A stretch of DNA of 64,000 nt from the NCBI GenBank assembly GCA_947627265.1, contig CANQVM010000002.1, positions 14,269 to 78,268 on the forward strand, written 5' to 3'. Of the stretch, positions 30,358-40,265 are shown one piece after another. Numbering within the stretch: the stretch's first letter is position 1; each line of letters starts with the position of its first letter. The notes under the pieces are model-generated. The model was not told the origin of the DNA. It saw only the letters and a list, made by a program, of their open reading frames with translations, and did not search any database. Origin of the DNA: an uncultured Clostridia bacterium. Its GTDB lineage: Bacteria; Bacillota; Clostridia; TANB77; CAG-508. The translations under genes were made by a program, and so were the position numbers.

Positions 30358-30786
30358 TTATTTTATTGGTGTAACAATTACTTTAACACCTTTTATTTTA
30401 ACTATTTTTACCTCTGTACCTTCTGATATATTACCATTATTTATATCAACAGCTGACCAAATTTCACCATTTACTTTAATCTGACCTAGAGATTTAATAG
30501 AATCAATTTCCTTTGTAACCAAGCCAATTTTACCAATAAGAGAGTATACATTAGTAGGACTTGTGTTTTTATTTTTTGTGAATTTATTTACAAAAGGTTT
30601 AGTAACAAAAATAAGTAAAGTGGATGATATAACAAATACTGCAGTTTGAATAACTAAATTATCTGTAAAAAAGCTAGTAATCATTGCAAATATTGAACCA
30701 ATAGATAACCAAAAAATTAGAAATCCGACTGTAAAAGCTTCAATAATAACAAATATACCAGCAAATATAAGCCATATATACCACAT
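30358..30786 (-). CDS. NfeD-family membrane protein
   Basis: 142 aa with three TMs and a C-terminal OB-like domain (GLVTKEI...GQIKVNGEIWSA...GTEVKIVKI). Classic pairing with the SPFH gene. Confidence 0.85.
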   Translation of the reverse strand: MWYIWLIFAGIFVIIEAFTVGFLIFWLSIGSIFAMITSFFTDNLVIQTAVFVISSTLLIFVTKPFVNKFTKNKNTSPTNVYSLIGKIGLVTKEIDSIKSLGQIKVNGEIWSAVDINNGNISEGTEVKIVKIKGVKVIVTPIK

Positions 30787-30881
30787 GCTAAAAAACCTCC
30801 TTTATTTGTCAACCATTTATATTATAACATATATTTTATAAAAAAGAAAGGCTTTTGGAAAAATTTACATAAAACCGTAAA

Positions 30882-31096
30882 GTTGTAATTACAATTCACA
30901 TCTATTTTTTAAAAGTTTGAAAATAATTATTTTTTCATAACCTTGGTGTAGCAAATTACCAAATAATTTTTTATCTGTAATTTGCTCATCGTACTCGCCT
31001 TAATTTGCTCGTTTGATCGCTTACACGGTTATTTCAAAACTAATTATTTTCATATTTATTTATTAATTTTTGAATTTATAAGCGGTGAATTATAAC
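30882..31096. repeat. palindromic intergenic repeat element, copy A (MITE-like or structured RNA)
   Basis: About 215 nt. AT-rich inverted termini (GTTGTAATT..CAC / GTGAATTATAAC) and inner inverted repeat TGAAAATAATTATTTTTTCATAACC / GGTTATTTCAAAACTAATTATTTTCA flank a GC-richer core. About 85-90% identical to 47603-47769. Confidence 0.7.
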
Positions 31097-31213
31097 AAAT
31101 TGTATAAAATTAAAAAAAAATGTTAATACCTATAATAAAGGAAAGAGGTATAATAGTTTGAAAAAATATAATTTTTCATTGCTATATGTGCCTTCGAACA
31201 AAGCGAGAAAGGA

Positions 31214-31426
31214 ATGAAATTTTTTATGAATGAAAAAGATAAAAAAAAGTTAAATAATAGAAATATTAAAAATAATTCAGATGTAAAAAAAGGAGAGATA
31301 GGGGAAGATACAACAAAATACGGTGAATTTATATCATCATATTTTTCTTGGGTATCTTTAGAAAGTCAAAAAGATAGAGTAAAAGAATTAGAGAATATGA
31401 CAAAAAATAAAGAAAAAAATAGATAA
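31214..31426 (+). CDS. small Lys-rich hypothetical protein
   Basis: 70-aa ORF. The RBS is weak or poorly spaced, with an alternative ATG at 31229. No motif. Confidence 0.3.
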   Translation: MKFFMNEKDKKKLNNRNIKNNSDVKKGEIGEDTTKYGEFISSYFSWVSLESQKDRVKELENMTKNKEKNR

Positions 31427-31478
31427 AGTTAGAAAAAAGAAAATAAATGTATATAAAATAAAGATAAAAAAATCACAA

Positions 31479-31495
31479 AGTCAGAGAAAGTCAAA
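31479..31495 (+). promoter_or_regulatory. CtsR operator (heptad direct repeat)
   Basis: AGTCAGA-GAA-AGTCAAA against the consensus RGTCAAA-NAN-RGTCAAA. Just upstream of the -35. Confidence 0.75.
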
Positions 31496-31503
31496 AACAG
31501 TTC

Positions 31504-31531
31504 TTGAAATATAATTTTAAAATAGTATAAT
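31504..31531 (+). promoter_or_regulatory. sigma-A promoter of the ctsR operon
   Basis: TTGAAA (31504-31509), 16 nt, TATAAT (31526-31531). Confidence 0.7.
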
Positions 31532-31540
31532 AGAAATATA

Positions 31541-31557
31541 AGTCAAAGAAAGTCAAA
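31541..31557 (+). promoter_or_regulatory. CtsR operator (perfect)
   Basis: AGTCAAA-GAA-AGTCAAA immediately downstream of the -10. Confidence 0.85.
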
Positions 31558-31592
31558 GTCTAAATATAAAATTTTTTGTAAAGGAGGAAAGT

Positions 31593-32039
31593 ATGAGAGT
31601 ATCAGATTTAATAGAAGAATTTATCAAAGATTTATTTGGAGAAGCTAATGAATCAATTGAAATCCAAAGAAATGAATTAGCAGAGCATTTTAATTGTGTA
31701 CCATCACAAATAAACTATGTTATTTCAACAAGATTTAAACCATCTCAAGGTTATTACGTAGAAAGTAGAAGAGGTGGTGGAGGACACATTACAATTAGAA
31801 AAGTAAATAATACTAAAGAAGATTATATAATGCATATTATTAATAATATAGATAGAGAGCTAACATCAAATGAAGTTGATATATTAATTAGCGATTTTTT
31901 ATCTTATAATATAATCAATCATAAAGAAGCAAAACTTTTAAAAGTCGCAACAAGTGATAATGTACTTCAGTTACCAAAAGATATAAAAGATGTGGTACGT
32001 GCAAGAATTTTAAAAAATATGTTATTAAATTTAGAATAG
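31593..32039 (+). CDS. ctsR: class III stress gene repressor CtsR
   Basis: MRVSDLIEEFIK...IQRNELAEHFNCVPSQINYVISTRF...GYYVESRRGGGGHITI. Confidence 0.95.
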   Translation: MRVSDLIEEFIKDLFGEANESIEIQRNELAEHFNCVPSQINYVISTRFKPSQGYYVESRRGGGGHITIRKVNNTKEDYIMHIINNIDRELTSNEVDILISDFLSYNIINHKEAKLLKVATSDNVLQLPKDIKDVVRARILKNMLLNLE

Positions 32040-32053
32040 AGGAGGTTTTTATT

Positions 32054-32599
32054 ATGTTATGTGATAATTGTGGAAAAAGAGAAGCAAATGTAAGGTATTC
32101 AGAAAATATAAATGGAAGAAAAAAAGAATTAAATTTATGCGAAGAGTGTAGTAAAAAATTGGGAATTGAACAAATGGATTTTGGGATGCCAATTGATTTT
32201 TCAAGCTTTTTAGGTGGATTTATGGACAGTCTTATAACTACACCAGAATTTGAACCATTAATAAATGATATAAAAACACTAAGATGCAATACATGTGGTT
32301 ATACTTTTGAAGATATTGCAAATACTGGTAGATTAGGATGTAAAGATTGTTATGATGTATTCGAAAGCAGATTAGATCCAATTATAAAAAAGATACAAGG
32401 TGATAATCACCATGTAGGAAGAATTGGAAAAATAATTGATTCTAAAATAGATAATGCAACAAATAAAAAAGAAGTAAAAGAAGTAAAAGAACAAACTGAA
32501 ATTGAAAAATTACAAGAAGAATTAAAGCAAGCAATTAAAGAAGAAAGATATGAAGAAGCAGCAAAACTTAGAGATGAGATAAAGAAATTAGAAAAATAA
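32054..32599 (+). CDS. mcsA: McsA (UvrB/C-motif, zinc-finger activator of McsB)
   Basis: CDNCGKREA...CEEC and CNTCG...CKDC zinc fingers with a C-terminal UVR motif EERYEEAAKLRDEIKKLE. Confidence 0.9.
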   Translation: MLCDNCGKREANVRYSENINGRKKELNLCEECSKKLGIEQMDFGMPIDFSSFLGGFMDSLITTPEFEPLINDIKTLRCNTCGYTFEDIANTGRLGCKDCYDVFESRLDPIIKKIQGDNHHVGRIGKIIDSKIDNATNKKEVKEVKEQTEIEKLQEELKQAIKEERYEEAAKLRDEIKKLEK

Positions 32600-32613
32600 A
32601 GGAGGGAAAAACA

Positions 32614-33624
32614 TTGAATTGGTATTTACAAAGCAATGAGAATTCTGATGTAGCAAAAAGCACACGAATTCGTTTATCTAGAAATTTAAGAGACTTTAAA
32701 TTCGATTTAGAAAAAGAAGAAATTAAAGAATTAGAAAATAAAATAAAAGATAATCTTTATAATATTGGATATGGATTAAAATTTTTAAAATTAAAAGATA
32801 TGGATGATATTACAAAAATGAGTTTAGTTGAAAGAAATTTAATTAGTCCAGAATTTGCATTAAAAAGAAGTAATACAGGAAGTATTTTAATTAATGAAGA
32901 AGAAAATATATGTATTATGGTAGGTGGAGAAGATCATTTATCAATACAAGTTTTTAATTATGGAATAGAATTAGAAAATTGCTTAAATCTAGCAATAGAA
33001 TTAGATGAAAAAATAGGAGATGCATTAGGTTATGCAATTAACAAAAAATATGGATATTTAACAAGTAGCCCAAGTAATGTTGGAACAGGATTAAAAGCAT
33101 CTGTTATGGTTTATTTACCAGCATTATCAAAAACAAAAAATACTAGAAAAATATTAGAAGCAATTAGTAGTTTTGGTATGAATATAAGAGGAACATATGG
33201 AGAAGATAAACAAAAACAAGGAGATATTTATCAAATATCTAATAAACAAACATTAGGAATTACAGAAAAAGAGATAATAAAAAATTTAGGAATAATTGTT
33301 AAACAAGTAATTGAACAAGAAAGACAAGCAAGAAAGCTCCTTGCAAAAGATGAGATAGAGCTTGAAGATATGGTATATAGAAGTTATGGGATTTTAACAA
33401 ATGCAAGAAAAGTATCTTATGAAGAAGTAAAAGAATTACTATCTAATATAAAATTAGGAACAGACTTAGGAATTTTACAAGAACTAACAGATTTAAAAGT
33501 TCAAAAATTATATTTATATACAAAACCAGCTAGTTTACAAAAATATTTAGGAAAACAGTATGATAAAATTGAACGCGATATAAAAAGAGCAGAAGTAATA
33601 AAACAAATTATTAATGAAAGATAA
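32614..33624 (+). CDS. mcsB: protein arginine kinase McsB
   Basis: TTG start after GGAGGG. Guanidino-kinase domain (TRIRLSRNL, EDHLSIQ, YLTSSPSNVGTGLKASVMVYLPAL). Confidence 0.93.
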   Translation: MNWYLQSNENSDVAKSTRIRLSRNLRDFKFDLEKEEIKELENKIKDNLYNIGYGLKFLKLKDMDDITKMSLVERNLISPEFALKRSNTGSILINEEENICIMVGGEDHLSIQVFNYGIELENCLNLAIELDEKIGDALGYAINKKYGYLTSSPSNVGTGLKASVMVYLPALSKTKNTRKILEAISSFGMNIRGTYGEDKQKQGDIYQISNKQTLGITEKEIIKNLGIIVKQVIEQERQARKLLAKDEIELEDMVYRSYGILTNARKVSYEEVKELLSNIKLGTDLGILQELTDLKVQKLYLYTKPASLQKYLGKQYDKIERDIKRAEVIKQIINER

Positions 33625-33684
33625 GCTAAATAATTATAAGAATGATGTCCTTTATAAATAGGACATAGAAGGGAGTGGTAAAAT

Positions 33685-36135
33685 ATGATGTATAAATTTA
33701 CGAATAGAGCAAAAAAGGCTATTGAGCTAGCAAATGAATTAGCAATAGAGCTAGGTCATAGTTATATTGGAACAGAACATATTTTATATGGATTAATAAA
33801 AGAAGGAAGTGGTGTAGCTTCCAAAGTGCTAGAAAATCAATCTTTAACAGCTGAAATGATTATTGATAAAATTGTAGAGTTAGTAGGGCATGAATCACCA
33901 ATTAGCGAAACTTTAGGATTTACGCCAAGAACTAAAAGAGTTATTGAGAATGCATTTATAGAGGCAAGAAAGCTAGGATATAATTATATTGGAACAGAAC
34001 ATATTCTAATTGGAATTTTAAGAGAAGGAGATAGTATTGCAGCTAGAATTTTATTAGAACTAAATACAAATATTCCTAAATTATATAATGAAATAGTAAA
34101 GGTAATTAATGAAGGAGAAGATTTAGCAGGAGAAGATAAAAATGGGAAGTCCGAAAAAAGAAATGGTAGTTATAATTCAACGCCAACGTTAAACCAATTT
34201 GGAGAGGACTTAACAAAAAAAGCAGAAGAAGGAAAGCTTGACCCAGTAATAGGTAGAAAAGAAGAAATTGAAAGAGTTGTACAAATTCTATCAAGAAGAA
34301 CAAAAAATAATCCATGTTTAATAGGAGAGCCAGGTGTTGGTAAAACAGCAGCAGTAGAAGGTTTAGCTCAAAAAATAACAACAGGAGATGTTCCAGAGAT
34401 CTTAAAAGATAAAAGAGTTGTTACAATGGACATTTCTGGAATGGTTGCAGGAAGCAAATACAGAGGAGACTTTGAAGAAAGAATAAAAAAAGCTTTAGAT
34501 GAAGTAAAAAAGGCAGGAGATATTATTTTATTTATTGATGAAATACACACAATAGTAGGAGCTGGTGCAGCAGAAGGTGCAATTGATGCGGCAAATATAT
34601 TAAAACCATTATTAGCAAGAGGAGAAATTCAATTAATTGGTGCAACAACTTTAAATGAATATAGAAAATACATTGAAAAAGACAGTGCGTTAGAAAGAAG
34701 ATTTAGTCCAGTAACTGTAAATGAACCAAGTAAAAAAGATACAGTAAAAATATTAAAAGGAATTAGGGACAAATATGAAGCACATCATGGTGTAAAAATA
34801 ACAGATGAAGCAATTGAGGCTGCTGTTAAAATGTCTACTAGATACATTAATGACAGATTTTTACCAGATAAAGCAATAGATTTAATAGATGAAGCTGCAT
34901 CTCGTGCAAAATTAAAATCATATACAGAGCCTGAAATCCTAAAGAAATTAGAAGAAGAGATAGAAGAAGTAGAAAAAGATAAAGAAGAAGCTGTTAGAAT
35001 TCAAAAATTCGAAAAGGCAGCATCTTTAAGAGATAAACAAAAAGAACTAAAAGAAAAATATGAACAAGAGCAAAAAAAATGGAAGAATAAAAGTAATAAA
35101 TCGATAACAAATATAACTGAAGAAAATATAGCAGAAGTTATTGCAAATTGGACAGGAATACCTGCAAAAAAAATAACAGAAGATGAAAATATAAGACTAA
35201 AAAACTTAGAACAAAATTTACATGAAAGAGTAATTGGACAAAATGAAGCGGTAGAAGCTGTATCTAAAGCAATAAGAAGAAGTAGGGTAGGATTAAAAGA
35301 TCCAAATAGACCAATAGGTTCTTTCTTATTCTTAGGGCCAACAGGTGTAGGTAAAACAGAATTATCAAAGGCGCTTGCAGAAAGCTTATTTGGTGATGAA
35401 AATGCAATGATAAGAGTAGATATGTCCGAATATATGGAGCCACATTCAGTATCTAAACTAATTGGTTCTCCTCCAGGATATGTTGGCTTTGATGAGGGAG
35501 GACAATTAACAGAAAAAATAAGAAGAAAACCATATTCTGTTATTTTATTTGATGAAATAGAAAAAGCTCATCCAGATGTTATGAATATGATGCTTCAAAT
35601 ATTAGAAGATGGTAGACTAACAGATTCACAAGGAAGAACAGTAAATTTTAAAAACACTGTAATAATAATGACATCAAATATAGGAGCAAGATTAATTACT
35701 GAAAAGAAACACCTTGGATTTATAGCTTCAAATCAAGATGAAAAAGAAAAAGATAAAAATGAATATGAAGAAACAAAAAAAGAAGTTATGGAAGCATTAA
35801 AAAAAGAGTTAAGACCAGAATTTATTAATCGTATAGATGAAATTATTGTATTCCATAAACTTACAGACACAGAAATTAGTAAAATTATTGACATTATGCT
35901 AAATGAAGTTATTGGTAGATTAGAAAATCAAAAAATAAAAATAGAATTAGAGCCAGAAGTAAAAGAATTAATTGCAAGTAAAGGAATAGACAAAAACTTT
36001 GGTGCAAGACCACTTAGAAGAACAATTCAAAGTGTTTTAGAAGATAAATTGGCAGAGGAGATTTTAGAAGGTAAGTTAAAGAAAAATAAATTATCTAAAA
36101 TTGGTGTAAAAGATGGAGAAGTAGTTGTATTATAG
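33685..36135 (+). CDS. clpC: ATP-dependent Clp protease ATP-binding subunit ClpC
   Basis: Two Clp-N repeats, AAA1 GEPGVGKTA, UVR linker, AAA2 GPTGVGKTE. 816 aa. Confidence 0.97.
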   Translation: MMYKFTNRAKKAIELANELAIELGHSYIGTEHILYGLIKEGSGVASKVLENQSLTAEMIIDKIVELVGHESPISETLGFTPRTKRVIENAFIEARKLGYNYIGTEHILIGILREGDSIAARILLELNTNIPKLYNEIVKVINEGEDLAGEDKNGKSEKRNGSYNSTPTLNQFGEDLTKKAEEGKLDPVIGRKEEIERVVQILSRRTKNNPCLIGEPGVGKTAAVEGLAQKITTGDVPEILKDKRVVTMDISGMVAGSKYRGDFEERIKKALDEVKKAGDIILFIDEIHTIVGAGAAEGAIDAANILKPLLARGEIQLIGATTLNEYRKYIEKDSALERRFSPVTVNEPSKKDTVKILKGIRDKYEAHHGVKITDEAIEAAVKMSTRYINDRFLPDKAIDLIDEAASRAKLKSYTEPEILKKLEEEIEEVEKDKEEAVRIQKFEKAASLRDKQKELKEKYEQEQKKWKNKSNKSITNITEENIAEVIANWTGIPAKKITEDENIRLKNLEQNLHERVIGQNEAVEAVSKAIRRSRVGLKDPNRPIGSFLFLGPTGVGKTELSKALAESLFGDENAMIRVDMSEYMEPHSVSKLIGSPPGYVGFDEGGQLTEKIRRKPYSVILFDEIEKAHPDVMNMMLQILEDGRLTDSQGRTVNFKNTVIIMTSNIGARLITEKKHLGFIASNQDEKEKDKNEYEETKKEVMEALKKELRPEFINRIDEIIVFHKLTDTEISKIIDIMLNEVIGRLENQKIKIELEPEVKELIASKGIDKNFGARPLRRTIQSVLEDKLAEEILEGKLKKNKLSKIGVKDGEVVVL

Positions 36136-36146
36136 AATAAACTACA

Positions 36147-36182
36147 AAAAGAGAAGTATTATTATTGTGCTTCTCTTTTTAT
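36147..36182 (+). terminator. clpC terminator
   Basis: AAAGAGAAG ... CTTCTCTTT followed by T's. Confidence 0.8.
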
Positions 36183-36303
36183 GTTAAATAATATAGTTTA
36201 CAAAATAAAAAAAAGATGATATATTTATGTTAGAATTTGCAGTGAATTTTGGAAAACCAGTTGTAATCCATTATCCAAAAGGAGAAGAAGAGAAAGGAAA
36301 ATT

Positions 36304-37108
36304 ATGAATAAACAAGATTTATTAAAGGATTATAAAAAACATGAGGATAAGATGTGTTTATCCCATGTTTTAGATAAAATTGATATTTTAAATTTAAGAG
36401 GAAAAATTGAGTATACTGATTTTTTAGATATGTATCAAATTTCTCTTGTAGAAAATTTTTTAAAGAAGATTAAATATGAAAAGTATATTTTATTTGGTGG
36501 CTATGAGGATAGTGAGAGAAAAATTTTAATTTTATATCCAGAAAAGTATAATAATAGTATGATAGAAAAAAATTATACTAAAATATTAAAAATTATTAGA
36601 ATAGAGCTACCAGAAGAAGAATATGGAAAATATACACATAGAAATTACTTAGGCGGAATTATAAAATTAGGCTTGAAAAGAGAAAAGGTAGGGGATATAT
36701 TAGTTTCGCAAGATGGAGCAGATATAATAGTAGTAAATGATTTTGCACAAATACTATCAAAAGAATTACATTCACTTACAAGATTCGAAAATAGTAATAT
36801 TTTAATTGAGGAAATTTATAATTTAAGAAAAAAAGAAATAAAAATAGAAGAAGTTAGTATAATTGTGCCATCTTTAAGATTAGATAATATTGTTTCAGAT
36901 TTATCAAAAACTTCTAGAAGTAAAGCATCACAAATCATTGAACAAGAAAGAGTTTTTATTAATCGGACAAAATGAAACCAAATTGTCAAAACAAGTAAAG
37001 TTAAATGATGTAATTACTATTAGAGGAAAGGGCAGATTTATAATAAAAGAATTTTCAGGAACAACAAGAAGCGGTAGAATAGTAGTAAAAGTTGAAAAAT
37101 ATATATAA
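36304..37108 (+). CDS. ylmH: YlmH-like S4-domain RNA-binding protein; needs a +1 shift at CGG 36964
   Basis: Joined sequence ...ASQIIEQERVFIN-GQNETKLSKQVKLNDVITIRGKGRFII... gives a complete S4 domain. Total about 267 aa, typical of YlmH. Confidence 0.85.
36964..36967 (+). other. in-frame CGG recoding site (AAT CGGA)
   Basis: The S4-domain motif V(F)(I)NG is restored by skipping C36964. Confidence 0.85.
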
Positions 37109-37158
37109 ATATAAATAGTATATAACTACAAAATGGAGCTTATAAAAGGCTCTTTTTT

Positions 37159-37199
37159 TATATAATAGGAAAGGTCATACTGACAATTCCTATTATATA
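37159..37199. repeat. REP-like palindromic element (family copy 2)
   Basis: TATATAATAGGA AAGGTCATACTGACAA TTCCTATTATATA, between convergent ylmH and mutS2. Confidence 0.65.
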
Positions 37200-37222
37200 A
37201 AAGTTAGTTTGAATAATAATTA

Positions 37223-39598
37223 TTACTTAAAATTCACAATAGTAACTCCCATCTCACCTTCACCATAAGTTCCTAATCGATAAGATTTTACATGAGGGTT
37301 GGTTTTTAAAAATGTATGAATTCCCTTTCTTAGTTTACCAGTACCTTTACCATGAACAATTCTAGCTGTAGTTAATTTGGCTAAACTACAATCATCTAAA
37401 AATTTATCTATAACAAAAATAGCTTCTTCCACTGTTAAACCAATTACATTAATTTCTGATTTAGCAGTTTTAGATTTAGAAATTCTTGTATATCCAGATG
37501 TTTGTATTTTAGAATCTAGTTTTGAATTTATATTGATATTAACTTTCTCTAAGTCATTTATATTGATATTAACTTTTGCAATTCCAACTTGTACTTGAAC
37601 TTCATTTGATTTTGAAATATTAGAAAGTATAATTCCATTTTGTCCAAAAGACTTTACAAAGACTTCTGTATTAGGTTTTATATCTTTAATGTTTAAAGTC
37701 TTAGAAGGGTCAGAATTTTTTGAAATATCATGTTTTAATACATTTATATCTTTAATTTTTTTATTTAGATTATTTCTTAATTGATCTGCAGATTTTTTAT
37801 CAGAAGAGTTAAGATTATTCATCTCTTTTATAATTTCGTTTGCTTCTTGTTTAGCATTTAATAAAATATCTCTAGCTTTTGTTTTTGCATTATTAATTAA
37901 TTCTTGTTCTTTATTTTTTAATTCATCATTTTTTCTAATTAATTTACTTTCTAATTCAGAAATTTTACTTAATTTTTGTTCAATTTCTATTTTTTCTTTT
38001 TCAATTTCAGTTTTATTGTCATAAATATTTTTTAGTAGTTCTTCTAGATTTATTTGTTCAGAAGACATTCTAGATTTTGCTTGTTCTATAATTTTGTTGC
38101 TCAAACCTAGATTCTTACTAATTTCAAAAGCATTACTTTTTCCAGGTATTCCAACTAATAATTTATAAGTTGGAGTTAAAGTTTTTACATCAAATTCAAC
38201 AGAAGCATTTTTAAAACCTGTTGTTATTAATGCATATTGTTTTAATTCTTGATAATGTGTAGTTGCAATAGTTAATGTGCCGAGATTTTGAAAAAAATCT
38301 AAAATACTAATAGCAAGATTAGCACCTTCAACTGGATCAGTACCAGAGCCTAATTCATCAAATAATATTAAAGAATTACTAGTTGCAGATTGAATAATAG
38401 AAACGATATTCATCATATGAGATGAAAATGTACTTAAAGAGTTATTAATACTTTGATCATCACCAATATCTGCAAAAATATTATCAAAAACATAAATAGA
38501 AGAATGCTCATCAGCAGGTATATTTAATCCACAACATGCCATAGTACAAAGAAGGCCAACAGTTTTCAAACTAACTGTTTTACCTCCAGTATTTGGACCT
38601 GTAATAACTAAAGTAGAAAAATCTTCTCCTAAATTAATAGAAATAGGAACAGCTATTTTACTATCAATTAAAGGATGTCTCGCATTTATTAAATTAATAA
38701 TTTTATTTTCATTAATTTGTGGAGTAATACCTTTAATATCTCTAGAATATTTTGCTTTAGCAAATATAAAATCTAATTTACCAATTAAATCTATATCTTT
38801 TTTTAATTCATCAATATACGGTACAAATAAAGAAGATAGCTGTTGTAATATTTTTTCAATTTCAATTTCTTCTTCTTTTTTTAATGAGTTTAATTCATTA
38901 TTCATTTTAAATACAGAAAGTGGTTCTATAAAATATGTAGAGCCTGCATTTGAAATGTCGTGAATAAATCCATTAATTTTACTACGAAATTCCTCTTTAA
39001 CAGGTATAACAAATCTATTATTTCTAATTGTAATAATATTTTCTTGTATATATGAAGAGTAATTAGAAGAATGTATTATATGATTTAATTGTTCACGAAT
39101 GTCTTGCTCAATTTTTCTTTGTTTTCTACGAATTTGTTGTAATTGTAAAGATGCCTTATCATCAATTGTATTTTCATCAATAATACATTCAGATATTTTA
39201 TCTAAAATTCCTTTATTTGTATAAAGCATATTAAATAATGGAGATAAAGCCTCATATTCAGAACTATCTAAAAAGTCTTTAGAAAAATAATCTTTTAATT
39301 CATAAGATAATGCAAAAATATTTTTTAAGTTTATAAGTGAACTACAAGAAAGGGCTTGTCCACTCTCTAAAAGTTTTAGCTCAATATCAATATTTTTAAT
39401 ATTGTAAAAAGAAGGAGATGAATTTCTATAAATTAAGTTAACAGCTTCAAAGGTTTCTTCAAGTAAAAATTTTACCTTTTTTATAGAATTACTAGGTAGT
39501 GTATTTAAAGCTAAATTTTTTCCAATAGAAGTAATACAATAATTGCTAAGTATTTCTAATATTTTATTAAATTCTAATTTTTCTAAATTGTAATTCAT
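37223..39598 (-). CDS. mutS2: endonuclease MutS2
   Basis: Walker A ITGPNTGGKT, LFDELGSGTDP, a long coiled coil and a C-terminal Smr domain (INVIGLTVEEA...RIVHGKGTGKLRKGI). Confidence 0.95.
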   Translation of the reverse strand: MNYNLEKLEFNKILEILSNYCITSIGKNLALNTLPSNSIKKVKFLLEETFEAVNLIYRNSSPSFYNIKNIDIELKLLESGQALSCSSLINLKNIFALSYELKDYFSKDFLDSSEYEALSPLFNMLYTNKGILDKISECIIDENTIDDKASLQLQQIRRKQRKIEQDIREQLNHIIHSSNYSSYIQENIITIRNNRFVIPVKEEFRSKINGFIHDISNAGSTYFIEPLSVFKMNNELNSLKKEEEIEIEKILQQLSSLFVPYIDELKKDIDLIGKLDFIFAKAKYSRDIKGITPQINENKIINLINARHPLIDSKIAVPISINLGEDFSTLVITGPNTGGKTVSLKTVGLLCTMACCGLNIPADEHSSIYVFDNIFADIGDDQSINNSLSTFSSHMMNIVSIIQSATSNSLILFDELGSGTDPVEGANLAISILDFFQNLGTLTIATTHYQELKQYALITTGFKNASVEFDVKTLTPTYKLLVGIPGKSNAFEISKNLGLSNKIIEQAKSRMSSEQINLEELLKNIYDNKTEIEKEKIEIEQKLSKISELESKLIRKNDELKNKEQELINNAKTKARDILLNAKQEANEIIKEMNNLNSSDKKSADQLRNNLNKKIKDINVLKHDISKNSDPSKTLNIKDIKPNTEVFVKSFGQNGIILSNISKSNEVQVQVGIAKVNININDLEKVNININSKLDSKIQTSGYTRISKSKTAKSEINVIGLTVEEAIFVIDKFLDDCSLAKLTTARIVHGKGTGKLRKGIHTFLKTNPHVKSYRLGTYGEGEMGVTIVNFK

Positions 39599-39844
39599 TA
39601 TAAAATTTATTCCTTTCTTGCTTTTCTTAAGAGATAATATATAAAATAAAAGTTTAAGCTTATTTTAAAATTAAAATCTCATAAATAATAATATATTTTA
39701 TTATACAAACAAAATAAGTCAAAGTCAATCGTTAGTAGGTAAAGTCTATTTTTTTGTTTTAATTGATAATGGTTTTTATATTATATGGCAGTTAATATTA
39801 TATTTTACATATTTTTTGGTTGAAACTTTTATAATAAAAAATAC

Positions 39845-39873
39845 TTGCAAAAATCAAACTAATAGTGTAAAAT
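39845..39873 (+). promoter_or_regulatory. sigma-A type promoter upstream of the (CA)n leader ORF
   Basis: TTGCAA (39845-39850), 17 nt, TAAAAT (39868-39873). Same TACTTGCAAA context as the gap promoter. Confidence 0.5.
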
Positions 39874-39905
39874 AAAAATATAAAAACTAAAGTAAAAAAG
39901 AAGGT

Positions 39906-40082
<177 letters not shown>

Positions 40083-40265
40083 AATAGGTTTTTAGTCCTG
40101 TCTTTTTGTATTTATATTAGATCTATATTTTATAATAAATCTATATAATATAAAACTAAGTAAAAAGATAGACTAAAATGTTGTGTGGATTTCTATAATA
40201 CAAAATAACATTAAAAATAAAGCATTTACGTACCAAAAGAAAAATTAAAGGAGGAGTTTAAAAAA

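Noticed and set aside
36227-36307. A 26-codon ORF (MLEFAVNFGKPVVIHYPKGEEEKGKL*) overlaps the ylmH start by ATGA. The PVVIHYPKG segment resembles the DXS/transketolase PVAIRYPRG motif, so it might be a gene remnant or a coupled upstream ORF.
   Set aside because: It is too short for any confident homology and has no clear RBS. The similarity rests on one short motif recalled from memory.
39711-39730. AAGTCAAAGTCAATC upstream of mutS2 looked like a CtsR box.
   Set aside because: The two GTCAA words are adjacent and lack the 3-nt spacer of the RGTCAAA-NAN-RGTCAAA operator. mutS2 is also not an expected CtsR target.
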